Positions 23,366 through 36,088 of a stretch of DNA of 64,000 nucleotides are shown piece after piece. This DNA is from Callorhinchus milii. Lineage: Eukaryota. Location: contig NW_024704743.1 in NCBI RefSeq assembly GCF_018977255.1, positions 91,762,001 through 91,826,000 of the forward strand. Direction: 5' to 3'. Position 1 is the stretch's first letter. The number at the start of each line of letters is the position of its first letter. The notes under the pieces are model-generated. The model saw only the letters and a list, made by a program, of their open reading frames with translations. It was not told where the DNA came from and ran no database searches. The position numbers and the translations under genes were made by a program.

Positions 23366-25267
23366 TGATACAAGTTAAAATTTTCTCAAGGATTGCATTC
23401 ATCATAACCCACCTTTAGACAGTCTCATATATTTCTGTTTTTGCTAGATTGATGTCTATCTGTGTCCACTTTGTGAGATCAGAGTAACAAAAGCAACAGA
23501 TACGTATGTAATCAGATTACCTAACATCCTCATTGCACTATTTGAAAAAGGTTTCTCCCAATGTTGGCCAACAACCACCCAGATAAAATTAGTCATTTAC
23601 TTTATGGCTGTTTGTGGGCCTTGCTGTATTTCAATGGATTGCCGTGTTCACCTGCAAAATAAACAGTCAATGTGCTTAAGATTCCTGTGAATAACTTCAA
23701 GACGTCCTCCAGAAATGAAAGCCACTATATCAAATCAAAAGATTATTATTATTCGTAAAAACCTGATTAAAAGTCAAGAGCGGTAGAAGATTTTGCATTT
23801 CAATGAGTGATTCTTTCTATTTATTGTTACGATGAAAACAGTCACAATTTTATTATGCAGCAGTTTGCAAAGTAAATCACGGAGTTATAAGTATCAGAAT
23901 GCTCCATACTATTCATCACTGCATCTTGAAGCTGTGAGCCATTGTCTCCAGGTTCCTTTGTAAAAATAAATCAAGATGGCATGCTATGATAAATCTTATG
24001 TATACAAATCTCTTGCTTTTCTTTCAACAACTGCTGAAAATTATAGTTGAAAAGCTTAATGACTCAATTATAGATGAGTATTAGAGATGAGTACTTGTGT
24101 TTAGTGTATGTTCTTGTACATTTCAAGGAGCCCATCTGCTTTGGAGGCAGTGGTACTTAATTTATTGTCATGTTGCATTAAAACAACAGGTTTGCCTTGT
24201 TATTGTACCCTTTCTGAATAAAATAAATGCTGTCAGTGTAATAAAATGTAGAGGAATCCCACAGGTTTACAATACTATTATTCTAGGTGTTGCGTTGACC
24301 ATTCAGCAGGGAACTGCACCTTAAATCAAAGATATGGGAGCAGTTTCAGATATAAGATCAGCAATGACTTACTTTTCCTTTTAAAAAGGTCAACCATGCA
24401 GTACAAAGCTGTGGTGTTACCTGAAGCCCTACTTTGTTGCTCAACAACTGGATCTATAAATGGTTGTACTGAGCTGCCTGCCACATCAATAACTTTTGAT
24501 GGTCCAAAATACATTATTACTAAATGGGAACCAGTAATTTGGCGTCAGTGCAAAGGGTTGGAAAGATATCTTGTTGTACAGTAACTGGGTTGGTTAGTTT
24601 GAATGACAGAACAAAACGGTCTACAGATTGACAGCTAGATTTAAGAATCTTTACAAAGTCAAGCGTCTGTAAGGAACAAAGCACAGAGCATATCACTGGT
24701 GTCTAATATTATCTACCAATTCTTAGAGTGCTCCCAGGGAGCTAATTCTGTTCAAAATCATTGCAATTAAAACTAAGATCAGGTAAACAAAATTATGACT
24801 CCAATTCTGAATATTATTCAATTAATTTAATTGGAATCTTTAAAGTCCGCATAAACAGGAAGACAGGACTTCAACTTATTGTGTCAATCCTCAAAGGCCG
24901 GCAACTTTGACAACAGAACACTCCCCCAGCACCCACCAGAGGGAATGTCAACATAGGCTATGACTCAAAATCCCAACATGGGGCTAAACCCACAACCACA
25001 AATTAAGACTGAACTTAAGAATGTTCCACAATTCTGCACCATCTTAAATTTTAACACAGAAAGGTCTAATGGGCTTACACTGAGTAGAATTTTTGTCTCA
25101 CAGTGGGAACGGTAATGGCCTTAAGACACAGGGTAATATGGTCAAATCAGGCCTGGGGACATTGACAAGTGAACATTAGAGGTCACTTAATGTTACCAAT
25201 GCAAGGACTCTTCAGATGAAGTGCAGAGGAGAAATTCATTCTTTCTTGTGTTGAAATTGCAGATTTT

Positions 25268-25400
25268 AGTATTATTATACTTTAAATTACATTATTATAC
25301 TTTATGTTATATTATTATACTTTATGTTATACTATTATATTTTATATTATATTATTATATTTTATATTATACTTTATATTTGATTATTATACTTTATATA
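25268..25400. repeat. AT-rich minisatellite (ttattatacttta-like units)
   Basis: Direct reading. Confidence 0.9.
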
Positions 25401-26721
25401 ACGAAAGGAGAACACCCCCCAAAAAAATGCCCATGGTTTTCTCTGTCGCGACTTTGTTGCAGAATATATTAGTGCAGATGTATCTCTCCAGAATAGTGTA
25501 TAATTTCCTCTGTCGCTACTCTGTTGCAGAATACCATGCACACCTCATATTTTGGAGATTAATTAGAGCATTTTTAAATATAGCTCATCAACGATAGGAA
25601 ATCTCTGGGGAGGAAAAATATGCCCATGACACTTCTGCATGCAAGACCTTTCTGATGAGGTATAAACCATGTCTCTACATCAATCAGTTATTGCGTTATT
25701 GGCAAATACACAGATACACACACACATGTTGTTTAAAACTATAATAAATGTTGTTTTATTAATATAGATATAATAGAATTTCCGTCTACAAAATATGTAG
25801 TCACTCCACTTTACAGTATATTCTGTGAAACATATTAAGACTTCCTCCCATCATGAAAGGCGCAATATCAAATGCAAGGATGATGATGGTGATGATGATT
25901 TTATTATTATTATTGATAAATAGAAAATTGCTTTCAGAATAATGCATTTGTTATTTGATAAAAAGTAAATTACTCATTAGATTGTATCACTGTGTCATTA
26001 AAAAGTGTGTTGGCTGGTTTCCAAATCTGGGAAAGGATGATGTTATACAAAAAAAAGCAAAGAAAGTAATTTAATTTGCTAAAAGTCCATTACCTAGATA
26101 TTGGACTGAATGAAGCAAGTTGTTAAATAAGTTATAATTATTAATGGACTGGCTTATAAATCTTGAAATAATCTGTTTGCCTTTATCTACATAGCACAAT
26201 TACAATAATCATTTCATTCTGACCCTTTCTTGTGATTCAGAAATATCAAGCAGAATTAAATGAATTGGACTCAAGGAAATCAATCTTTTTTTAATACTCA
26301 ATTTTAAAAATGATTTCCTCCCCTTTTTGCTTCTGTCATTCACATGCCATTCAATGACTTAGATTTAGAGGACAGACAATAGCCAGTTTCTATCAGCTAC
26401 TCAGAAATCTATACAACTGCCGGGGTAGCTCTTCATTTTGTTGGAAAATCCAAGACTTGACCCAGAACCAGTTAGTGAACTTGTCATTTGAGAATACAGT
26501 TTTGGGTCAAAGCTTGGCTCGATTGGTAGTCTCTCGCCTCTGAGTCAAAATGTTCCAATTTCAAGCACCACAGCAGGGATTCGAACTCACACAATATAGA
26601 CTGACACTCCTGTAAAGTGCTGGGGATGTGCTGCGTTTTTGGAGGTGCTGTTCTTCAAAAGAGTCATTAAACTGAAGTCCTGTCTACCTGTTCAGGTGGA
26701 ATTTAAGATCCCATAGTACTG

Positions 26722-26822
26722 TGTAATACAATAAAAATTTACATTTATATAGCGCCTTTCATGGCGGGAGCACGTCCCACTGCATTTAACAGTTCTGCTG
26801 GGCACCCGAGTTGGGGGTGAGA
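26722..26822 (-). mobile_element. L2 3' tail (antisense), nested in the SINE
   Basis: atttacatttatatagcgcctttcatggcgggagcacgtccca is the reverse complement of the L2 terminus. Confidence 0.8.
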
Positions 26823-26902
26823 ATTTGAAAAGAGGAGGGAGTTTCTCTTGGTTTCCTGGGCAAAATAAAATATAATTGTTCATGCACTTCATGGTTATTG
26901 TG

Positions 26903-29119
26903 CCTTGGAGTCCTCTGAACTCCTCTGGCCTTCAACCCTCACTGACCCCTCTTCTCCTCTCACCCTCCTCCACAACACCCTCTCCTCCACACTCGACACT
27001 CTTGCCCCCATCACCTCCCGTACTGTCTCCTACTCTCGCTCCTCCCTCCGGTTCACCACCCACCTCCGCTCACTGAAGAGCCAGGTGCGGGCCACTGAAT
27101 GCACCTGTGTCAAATCTGGCCTAACGGTCCACTGACAAATCTGGCTGGACCTCCTCAAAATCTACCGGTCCACTCTAGCTTCGGCCAAGTCGTCCTTCTA
27201 CTCCAGGATAATCCTGGAGGCGAAGAACAACCCCAGGCTTTGGTTCTCTACCACATCCCAACTCCTCCATCCCCCCCACCACCCCGCGCAGGTCATCTCC
27301 TCCAACCTTCACTGCGAGGAGATGCTGGATTTCCTTGAATCCAAAATCAAGGGAATTTGCTCCGCGGTCACTACCCCTCCAACATCCACATACCCCCCAC
27401 CCCCTCCCTCCCACACTCCGACTCCTACCCATCCTCCCCTACAGACTTTCGTACCCGTTTCCCCACCCTCTGTCACCAAACTCATCCTATCCCTGAAACC
27501 CACCACCTGCTCCCTTGACCCCATCCCCACTCCACTCCTTATCTCCCAGCTCCACCTCCTTGCCCCACATATCACAGACATCGTCAACCTGTCCCTCTCC
27601 TCTGGCTCTGTTCCCATTCCCTTAAAAACTGCCACCATCACTCCCACCTTGAAAAAACCCTCCCTTGATGCGTCGCAGCTATCAAGCTACCGGCCCATCT
27701 CCAACCTCCCCTTCCTGTCCAAGGTCCTGGAACGAGTTGTCGCCTCCCAGCTGCGCTCTTTCCTCTCCATCCATTCATTATTCGAACCCCTTCACTCGGG
27801 TTTCCGTGCTGCCTATAGCACAGAAACTGCCCTGGTCAAGGTCACCAATGACATCCTGACCATCTGTGACCAGGGCTCCCTCTGGTTCCTCGTCCTCCTC
27901 GACCTATCGGCAGCATTCGATACGGTCGACCATGCTATCCTTGAGTGATTTAGGTCATACCTCTCCCACCGTCTTCACTTTGTTTCCACTAATGGCTTTT
28001 CCTCCAGCCCCCGCACTGTCTCGTGCGGTGTCCCTCAGGGCTCTGTCCTCGGTCCCCTCCTCTTCACCCTCTATATGCTCCCCCTTGGTGATATCATCCG
28101 CAGACATGGGGTTAACTTCCACATGTATGCGGATGACACCCAACTCTACCTTTCTTCCGCTACCCTCAACTCCACAACCACATATGTCCTGACAGCCTGC
28201 CTGTCCGACATCGAGTCCTGGACGAGAGACAACTTTCTTCAGCTCAACGTGCGCAAAACTGAGGCCCTCCTGATTGACTCGCGTCACCGCCTCTGCACCT
28301 CAGGCGCTGACAACATCAGCATCCAAGGCTGCACTCTCCACCTCTCAAAGCCAGTCAGGAACCTCGGTGTTCTGTTCGACCCTGAGCTGTCCTTTCTTCC
28401 TCATATCCGCGCCACAACTGGCACCGCCTTCCATCACCTCCGGAATATCGCCAGACTACGGCACTACCTCACCCCTCACGCTCCTCAAACTCTGGTCCAC
28501 GCCTTTATCACCTCAAGGCTGGACTATGGGAACTCTCTCCTCGCCGGCCTTCCCAGCACCTCCCTCCACAAACTGCAGGTTATTCAGAACTCTGCAGCTC
28601 GTGTACTGTCCCGCACCAGGCTTCGCGACCACATCACTCCCACCCTCGCTCGCCTACACTGGCTCCCCATCCCCCAGAGGATCGAATTCAAGATCCTCAT
28701 CCTCACCTACAAGGCCATTCACGGCCTCGCTCCCTCCTACCTCTCCAACCTACTATCCCCCTACCTACCTGCCCGTACCCTCTGTTCCTCTGGCTCCGGT
28801 CTGCTCCACATCCGCCGCCCCAACCGCCCAACCATCGGTGGCCGGGCCTTCAGCCTCTCAGCCCCTAGACTCTGGAACTCCATCCCCCAGTGCCTTCGCC
28901 GCCTCCTCCCTTTCCTCCTTCAAGATCGGTCTCAAGACCTTTCTCTTTGACCGTGCCTTCAGCTCCCCTCTCGACTCTCTACCCCCTCCTCGCTCCCTCC
29001 CTTCCCTCCCCTCACCCTGACCATTTCCCCCCTGCTCGGGTCCTGACCCAACTGTACAACGCCTTGGGACGTCCTCCCGATGTGAAAGGTGCTCTATAAA
29101 TGGAATCTTGTTGTTGTTG
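26903..29119 (+). mobile_element. 5'-truncated L2 LINE, ORF2 reverse transcriptase with stops and an internal deletion
   Basis: [59 protein letters not shown]; (TTG)n tail; TSD tattgtg at 26896-26902 and 29120-29126. Confidence 0.97.
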
Positions 29120-29210
29120 TATTGTGGGACCTTGTTAAACACAAATTAGCTGCTGTGATTGCCTACAAAATACACAGTCACCACACTTAAAGTGAATCTA
29201 GTGAAGCACT

Positions 29211-29950
29211 CTTAGGACCTTCATGCACAGTCGAGGTCTGGGCCAGTCAGCACGTTGCCCTCCGACTGGCTGCGGAGGCCAGAAGACTGAGGACCACCTC
29301 CTCTTGGAGTGTTGTTTCGCAAAGGCGGTTCAGAAAAAAGATGGAATGAATTCTCTTGCGCTTCGTCCGTGAAACTTCTGAAACTAGGTGTTTTGGCAGA
29401 ACGAGGGAATGGTGAAGGCCTGCCTCAGGCTCACGCAAGCTAGGATCAGAGATGATACACTGAGGGACGAGCTGAAGCTGAAGCTCCTGCCAGGGTCAGG
29501 CCGCATCTAGTGTTAGACAGCAAAGACTAGATGGGGTCTGACCCCGGCAGGAGTCGCTCCGGCACAACCTGTTCAGGGCCCACCCACCGGGTAGCCCACG
29601 AGCACACCCAAAGCTGACTGAAGTAAGGGTACAGAAGGATCCTCGAGATGCAACCAAAATGTATGTACGGTAAACATGTGCGTGTACAGTGCATATCAGG
29701 GCGCATTCCGAAAGTGGCAAGTGCACCTTATTGGGGTGTGGTGTATACAGAGGGGACGCCTGACTGTGTTAAAGGGAGAGTCCCAAAAAAAAGTGTGCAC
29801 AACCTCTGTGGCATGGAATGAATGTATTGTAAACAATGGAATGTGTTTTGTCATAGAAGATGTTGGTTTTGTTTTACAGTATTTAGTACAACAGAAATCG
29901 GCTGTTGTATTAAAAATTATATTTATAAATATATATTTTCAACAAAAAAA
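29211..29950 (+). mobile_element. Tx1/L1-clade LINE 3' fragment (zinc-knuckle region, 3'UTR, poly-A)
   Basis: Translation FMHSRGLGQSARCPPTGCGGQKTEDHLLLECCFAKAV (CCHC knuckle); A-tail at 29944-29952; TSD aagcact at 29204-29210 and 29951-29957. Confidence 0.75.
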
Positions 29951-30133
29951 AAGCACTTTAAGAGTCCTCTCAACGTGGAAGGCGTTATATCAAGTGCAAG
30001 GATTGTTAAACTGGAAATGCAAGGATTATTATCGTTGGTGCAGACACGTGATTTGTCAATCTCAGGAGCTGTGTATACAATTGCTTCAACATTTTAGTTT
30101 TGATCTTGTACTTCTAAGGAAATGTCTTCAATA

Positions 30134-30454
30134 TAATAATAATAATCCTTGCATTTGATATAGCGCTTTTCACGTAGGGAGGACATCCCAAAGCGCTTCA
30201 CAGAACACACTGTAAAGTGAATTGACTGTATATTTGTGGGCGAACGCGGCAGCCAATTGCGCACAGCAATGTCCCACAAACAGTCGTAGATTGAAAATGA
30301 CCAATTTATTATTGTTTTGGGTTTTTTGGAGGGATTATTATTAGGCGTATGGAGTAAGGAAACTTGCCCAAGGTTTCGCCCTGACCTGCCTGGAATTGAA
30401 CTCAGGTCTCTCGCTTGCAAAGCGAGTGCTCTAACCACTGAGCTACAGGACTCC
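30134..30454 (-). mobile_element. Full-length young tRNA-Ala-derived SINE
   Basis: Reverse complement of 57882-58208; possible TSD aatataat. Confidence 0.95.
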
Positions 30455-31689
30455 AGAATATAATGATACTGCACTGTTACATTCACTATCTTTTCTTTGT
30501 GACTAGTTTACTGTCAAGAAATGTTCACTAGATTTGTTTGACACAGTGAAGAAGTCCAACATTTCCTTCAATTGTTCAGCAGAAATAACACAGTAGCAAC
30601 TAACGAATGCAATTACAGCGTCTCTCGCCCTGACCTGCCACAGTGACACTCTTTACCTGCAGGTTCCGTGATCACATAAAAACCCCCCACCTTTATTAAA
30701 ACAATGGAATCACAGAAATTTACAGCAAAGAAGGCACATGTCTGTGCTGGCTCTTTAAAGAATAATCCTTTCAGTCCCATTTTCCTGCCCCTTCCCCATA
30801 ACTCTTCCCTTTCGCCCACAAAATATATAGTCAATTAATTTTACAGTATATTCTGTGAAGCACTTTGAGACGTCTCGATGACTTGCTAAAGCACTGTATC
30901 AAATGCAAGGATTATTAGTATAACCCTGTAGTTTACTCCTTGTTAGGTATTATCTATGTTATAAAGTTACTATGGATTCTACCTCGATTATTGGCTGCTT
31001 CAATTAATTATATAATATACTGTGCTGCAGACGTGTCCTGCGTATTCACTTGTTCAAAATGTTTTCCGTCTGTTCAGGTGGACATTAAAGATCCGATGGC
31101 ACTATTCAACAGAGAAGAGAGTTTCTCCCAGTGTACTGGACAACAGTCCCTCCAGATAAAAGTTGTTCATTCACTTCATTGTTGTTTTTGACATTTGGGC
31201 TGCCACGTTCGCCTACAAATCACACAGTCACTACATTTTAGTGTATCCTGTGAAGAGCTTTGAGACATCCTCTCAATCAAATGCAACAATTTATTGATTT
31301 ATTTTAGAATACTTGACATTGGGTGTCAATGATTAGTATGTATTACCAGCACTCTGACTATATCATTTCTCACAGAGGAATCATACTAAATTAGCATTAT
31401 TGTGAACCAGACAAGATCCTTAAATTCACCAATGACTACCAATGTGCCTAATGCTAAGTACTCTGCATAGTTGCAGTATGATAGCTATTTCTACCTCAGC
31501 GTGTATCACTGATAGTTTTAGACTGAAGGAAAATGACTGTGTTTCAATATAGATGGGATTATATGTGTCTACAACAACTTGCACATACTTATCACTTTCC
31601 ACGTAGGGTAACATAGTGAAACACTTTACAGCAATGGAGTGGAAACCTGATCAAGATGCAAAGTAGAGAGGTAGGAGAGAGTTGAGACA

Positions 31690-31880
31690 AGTTGAAGAAC
31701 TAGGTTTTTTGAAGGGTTTTGAGAGCAGAGAGAGAGTGCGAAGCAGAGTGATTTTGGAGGAAGCCTCCAAAGAAGGGGAGCAAAGCGTCTGAAAGCTCAG
31801 CTACCAATGGTGGGACGGAGAGGGCAAGGTACATAAGGCGGCCCTGAGATTGTGCAGCAGAAGAAGTGGGCGGCAAAATG
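31690..31880 (-). mobile_element. Old L2 3' fragment
   Basis: The reverse complement resembles ccctccgtcccaccattggtagctgagctttcag (TIGxRAFS region). Confidence 0.6.
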
Positions 31881-32119
31881 GGGCAGGAAGAGATTACTAT
31901 CAAGCACATTTTCAAATAGTAATGAGACGGATAATGTTCTTTATAGTAATTAGACAGTCATGGGAAGCTTACAGTTGATCTGGATGTGCTATGAGAAAAA
32001 AGGTGACTGAAACACAACAAGAAGGGGAGAGATGGTAAAGACTGTGGAATGTTGAATGCAGCAGATAGTGTCCCAAAGAGCTGCAGGATCTGATGGACAA
32101 TAAGGAAAACAACATTTTC

Positions 32120-32156
32120 AGTTCTGACGAAGGGTCGCGGACCCGAAACGTTGACT
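32120..32156 (+). ncRNA. Minimal type I hammerhead ribozyme motif within a Penelope-like fragment (~32115-32210)
   Basis: Stem I agtt/gact; CTGACGA 32124-32130; one extra A; stem II gggtc-gcg-gaccc; GAAA 32145-32148; palindromic ACGT stem III; NUH = GUU. Confidence 0.7.
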
Positions 32157-33184
32157 CACTTTCCTTTCACCATAGATGGTGCCTGACCTGCTGAGTGTTC
32201 CCAGCAACTTTCAAAGACATCTAGAACTTATACCTTCGATCATGTCTATAATCACCACCCCATAACCCACTCTACCCACACACTTAGTGCCCAGCATAAT
32301 TTCCGTAAAGCACTCCGGATGTTACTCACTGTAAAGGGCTGCACATACATGCAAATTGCTGCTGTTGGTTTACCTGCCTTTTGCCTCTTAGTCGAAATAT
32401 ACTATCTGGGATTTGTTAAACTAAAATTATTTTCATCTTTACCTACACGGCACGTTTTCTTAAAGAATGAAAGGATAACATAATTCCCAATTTCTCTAAT
32501 AAAAGCAGTGGAGGCTATAATCTTGTATCTTTTAGTTAATAAGTTATACCACCTCACACTGAACATTGCCTTTTGTGCCTCACACAGCCACTCTTGGAAT
32601 GACTGTGAGGCACAATCTATGAGAATCCAAGCCTCCTTCATTATTCATCTACAAAGATCAGCACAAAGCTCTAGCCTGGAGGCTGTGCTGGAGAAGCACA
32701 AGCTGGAAAATGTTATGTAAGTGAAGTACTGCTGCATATTGCAACGCTTTCATAACTTACATGTCTTTGGACAGCTGAGTCCCACCTGTCAAAAGCCCCC
32801 AAAACTCTTACTCGTTGAAAACAGCAGTAATCCCATCTCCAGAGCCCAGTCTAAATCGCTTTCTTTTCAAACCACCGCACCATTTTATAAACAACACATA
32901 AACCAGCTGCACAACAGAGAAACAACAATCAAGATGTATACACCTTAACAATACTGACTGAACAGAGATTTCTATTGACTTGCAGTTCAAAGCACTTATG
33001 TTGGTTATATTTAAACACATTTAGAGCAGGTAAATACATTTAAAATATGTCAGTAATGTTATCAGGAGGCTTCACCAGTGAAATACATACCTGAAATCTT
33101 GTTCCTTTCAGTATTCCTAGCTCCCGAAAGTCAATATGATTTTACTTTCACTGCACTGATTTGCACTTTGAGCTCATAGTCTAT

Positions 33185-33500
33185 GGTGACACTTTAATAC
33201 AGTACTGGAGGGAGCAGTGATTTGTTAGGGATGCCATCCTTTGGAGGTTCTTAAACCGAAGGTCGTGTCTGTCTGTTCAGATGAACCTTAAAGTTCGCAC
33301 AACGTTATTCCAAAAGAGAAGGGAGCTTCTCCTGGTGTCCTGCCCAACAAACCTCCAAATAAAATGAACTATTCACTGTTTGTGGGACATTCCTGTATGC
33401 ATTTTATTGTTATACTACAAACACAGTCACTACACTTCACGGAAATTACTGTGAAATCCTGTGAGTTTCAACATAAGGCACTATAAAATGTAAGTTGTTT
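33185..33500 (+). mobile_element. Deu-domain SINE
   Basis: ttaaaccgaagg...ctgttcagatgaacc...ctggtgtcctg...ctgtttgtgggacatt. Confidence 0.75.
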
Positions 33501-33544
33501 CAATACATTGACTGGATCATGAATTTCGCAAAACGATACAATTA

Positions 33545-33670
33545 CTTGTAACACATTAAACACTCGTGATTCTTATCCTTGTCACGTTAATACGTGTGGT
33601 TCTTATGCTTGTAAAATGTTAAACACAGGTGATTCTTATCTTTGGAATATGCTAAAGGCATGTGGTTCTC
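33545..33670. repeat. Degenerate ~30-32 nt tandem repeat, about 4 copies
   Basis: taaacactcgtgattcttatccttgt / taatacgtgtggttcttatgcttgt / taaacacaggtgattcttatctttgg / taaaggcatgtggttct. Confidence 0.8.
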
Positions 33671-35634
33671 TCAGTAGTAAATCTGTACTTGAATTCTATG
33701 CTTTCACTCATATATCAATATACTTTATTATATTAAAACAAATTCCTGTCAGGAAATTAAATTCTTTGTATATTAAAAAATATGTTTGTTAATTTGCTCA
33801 TATATCTACAAAACTGACATCTGTGAATTTTGCTGACTATTGAAATTGGAATTAAAACAAAAGGCAAATTAAAGAGCAATAGTGAGCTCGATGTTCTCTG
33901 AGCCAAACCAAATGTTAAAATCCTGTTGGCAACAGATTTCTACCAGCAGTTGCTACACGCATACAAAAAGGAAGAGGTAGCAGAGGTGGTGAAGGAAAAT
34001 TTGGGTGTGATTATTTAGCATTTATTGACAGTTTTCAGTCAGTGAAGCTGCTGTCAGTAAAGTTAATGAAATATCAGGTTGACTTAGACTGTGAGGCCAG
34101 AATGAAAGGACAAATGGTTTAAATTTAAAACCCTCAAACAAGACTAAAGACGGAAACAAAAACAATTCCTTGCTGAATAGTGAATACTGCATGTAGAACA
34201 AAATAAATTGATGCTGGGTCAATTTGTGTCTGCCTGTTCAGGTAGATGTTAAATATTCCATGGCATTATTTGAAAGGAGAAGGGACTTCCTGTGTCTTTA
34301 TTAACAATCCCTGAATTAGAACTGGTTACTCATTTCATGACTGTTGTGTGAAAATTGGCTGCCATGTTTGCCCACAAAATACACAGACACTGCACTTTAC
34401 AATATATCTTACAAAACATTTTGAGATGTCCTCCCGAAGTGAATGGTGCTATATCTAAAGCAAGGATTACTATTATAGTGTCTGCTTGTGCACAGTATTG
34501 AAGGATACCGAGATTGCAGATTGATATAAACACAAAGGCCACAATTTAATTATTATTGGCACTTGGGGAGAAGAAGAGGCTGTGTAGAGTCACAGTCAAG
34601 GCTGACACTCCAATGAGGTGTTGGAGGTGTTCTACATTGTGTGAGGTATTTAACATGTTACAAGGATAAGAACCTGCACGTTTTTAACACGTTACATGGA
34701 TAAAAAACACACATATTCAAATGAGGCATTAAATAACAAGGATCCATCTGTCTGTTTAGGTGAATGTTAAAGATTCCGTTTGAAAAGTGAAGGAAGTTTC
34801 TCCCCAGTGTCCTCGCCAATAAGCTTTCTCGATTCAGCTTTATTTTTGTGATATTTTGAAATGTAAAAGGTTTCTCTGCATGAATAGTCAAATGTTCATT
34901 TCTTAAGTAAAATAGATCTTGGTGGGTGGGTTGCATGTGTTGTTTACTTTTCCTGTACCAATGTACATTGCCTTGCATTCAGTCACAGTAAATTCCATTT
35001 TCCAGTCATTTGCCAAATAATATGTGCAAATGTCTTTGAATGCTGTCAATCGCTGCTAAATGAACAATGTGGTCACACACTGTTTTCACTGTTCTAGTTC
35101 AAACCAAATATTCTCTGAAATATTGTATTTATTCCAGAATCATCACTCAAGAGTCAAATATTGCACATCTGTTAAAGTTGCAGCTGAACTTTTGAATATC
35201 TGAGTTATTGAAATCATAATGGTATACATTTGTGATACAGTAAGTTAAGTTAAGTCTTGGTATTATCACGACAAACAGTTCATCAAAAAAGTAGACATAC
35301 TTCTGTTCACCCTAAACTTGCTCTTTCCCCTTCGCATTTTCCCATTCGCTCTGTCTTTAGATATTTTTTATTGGGGGTCTATCATACACAAAATGCTAAT
35401 AATAGCGAACTCTTCATTTACATGATTATAATGAGATTTTCCAATTACAAACTAGTAGCTGAAAGATTGTTATTTTTAACAATTGCCATATGCATACTTC
35501 AAATTGGAAGAACATATGTTGTCTCTGTTATCTTTACTTTTATCTAATCTTTCACTAACATTCCATCTTCTAATATTTTACACCTCTCTCTAATTTTTTT
35601 TCTTTATTGTATTTTCTTGTTGCTCTTCATCAGT

Positions 35635-36088
35635 GTGTCTCTCAGCCAGGCTCAGTTGTCAGCACTCTCACCTTTAAGTCAGAAGGTTGTGGGTTCAAGC
35701 CCCATGTTGAGACTTCAAACTCCCAATGTCAAGGCTGACAATCCAGTACTGTCTAGTTCTGGGGGATGTTGCATTGTCCGAGGTGTAATGCTTCCAATAG
35801 GACATTAAACTGAGCTCCCGTCTGCTGGTTCGGGTGGCACTATTTGGAAAGGGGAGTTTCACTATTTGGAAAGGGAAGGGAGATTGTTGATGTTCAAGCC
35901 AACAATTGCCTGGAGGAAAAAGGTCCTTCACTTCATGGATGTTTGTGGGACATTGCTGTGTACAAAAAAGATGCTATGTTTCCTTAAAACTAGTCATTCT
36001 TCTTTCAAGTAAAAAAATTCTCTGGAGCATTTTGAGATGTCCTCCCAACAAGAAAGGTGCTAAATCAAATGTAAAGAATAATATTAAT
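35635..36088 (+). mobile_element. Deu-domain SINE with head and an internal duplication (cactatttggaaaggg twice)
   Basis: ggctcagttgtcagcactctcacc...gggttcaagcccc...gtttgtgggacattgctgtg...aaatcaaatgtaaag. Confidence 0.85.

Larger units (their letters stand above)
26505..30008 (+). mobile_element. Single Deu-domain SINE fragmented by three LINE insertions (pieces ~26505-26720, 26823-26902, 29120-29210, 29951-30008)
   Basis: The pieces join colinearly with the intact copy at 10932-11350: head ttggctcgattggtag, core ttcaggtggaatttaagatcccatagtact, then tgtgggacctt..., then tail ggcgttatatcaagtgcaagg. Confidence 0.8.

Noticed and set aside
27322..28950. 208-aa and 291-aa ORFs as a host gene or active reverse transcriptase
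   Set aside because: They are L2 ORF2 pieces with a 5' truncation (no endonuclease), stops and an internal deletion.
33545..33670. Regularly spaced ~31-nt repeats as a CRISPR-like array
   Set aside because: Degenerate head-to-tail units without unique spacers, in vertebrate DNA with no cas genes.
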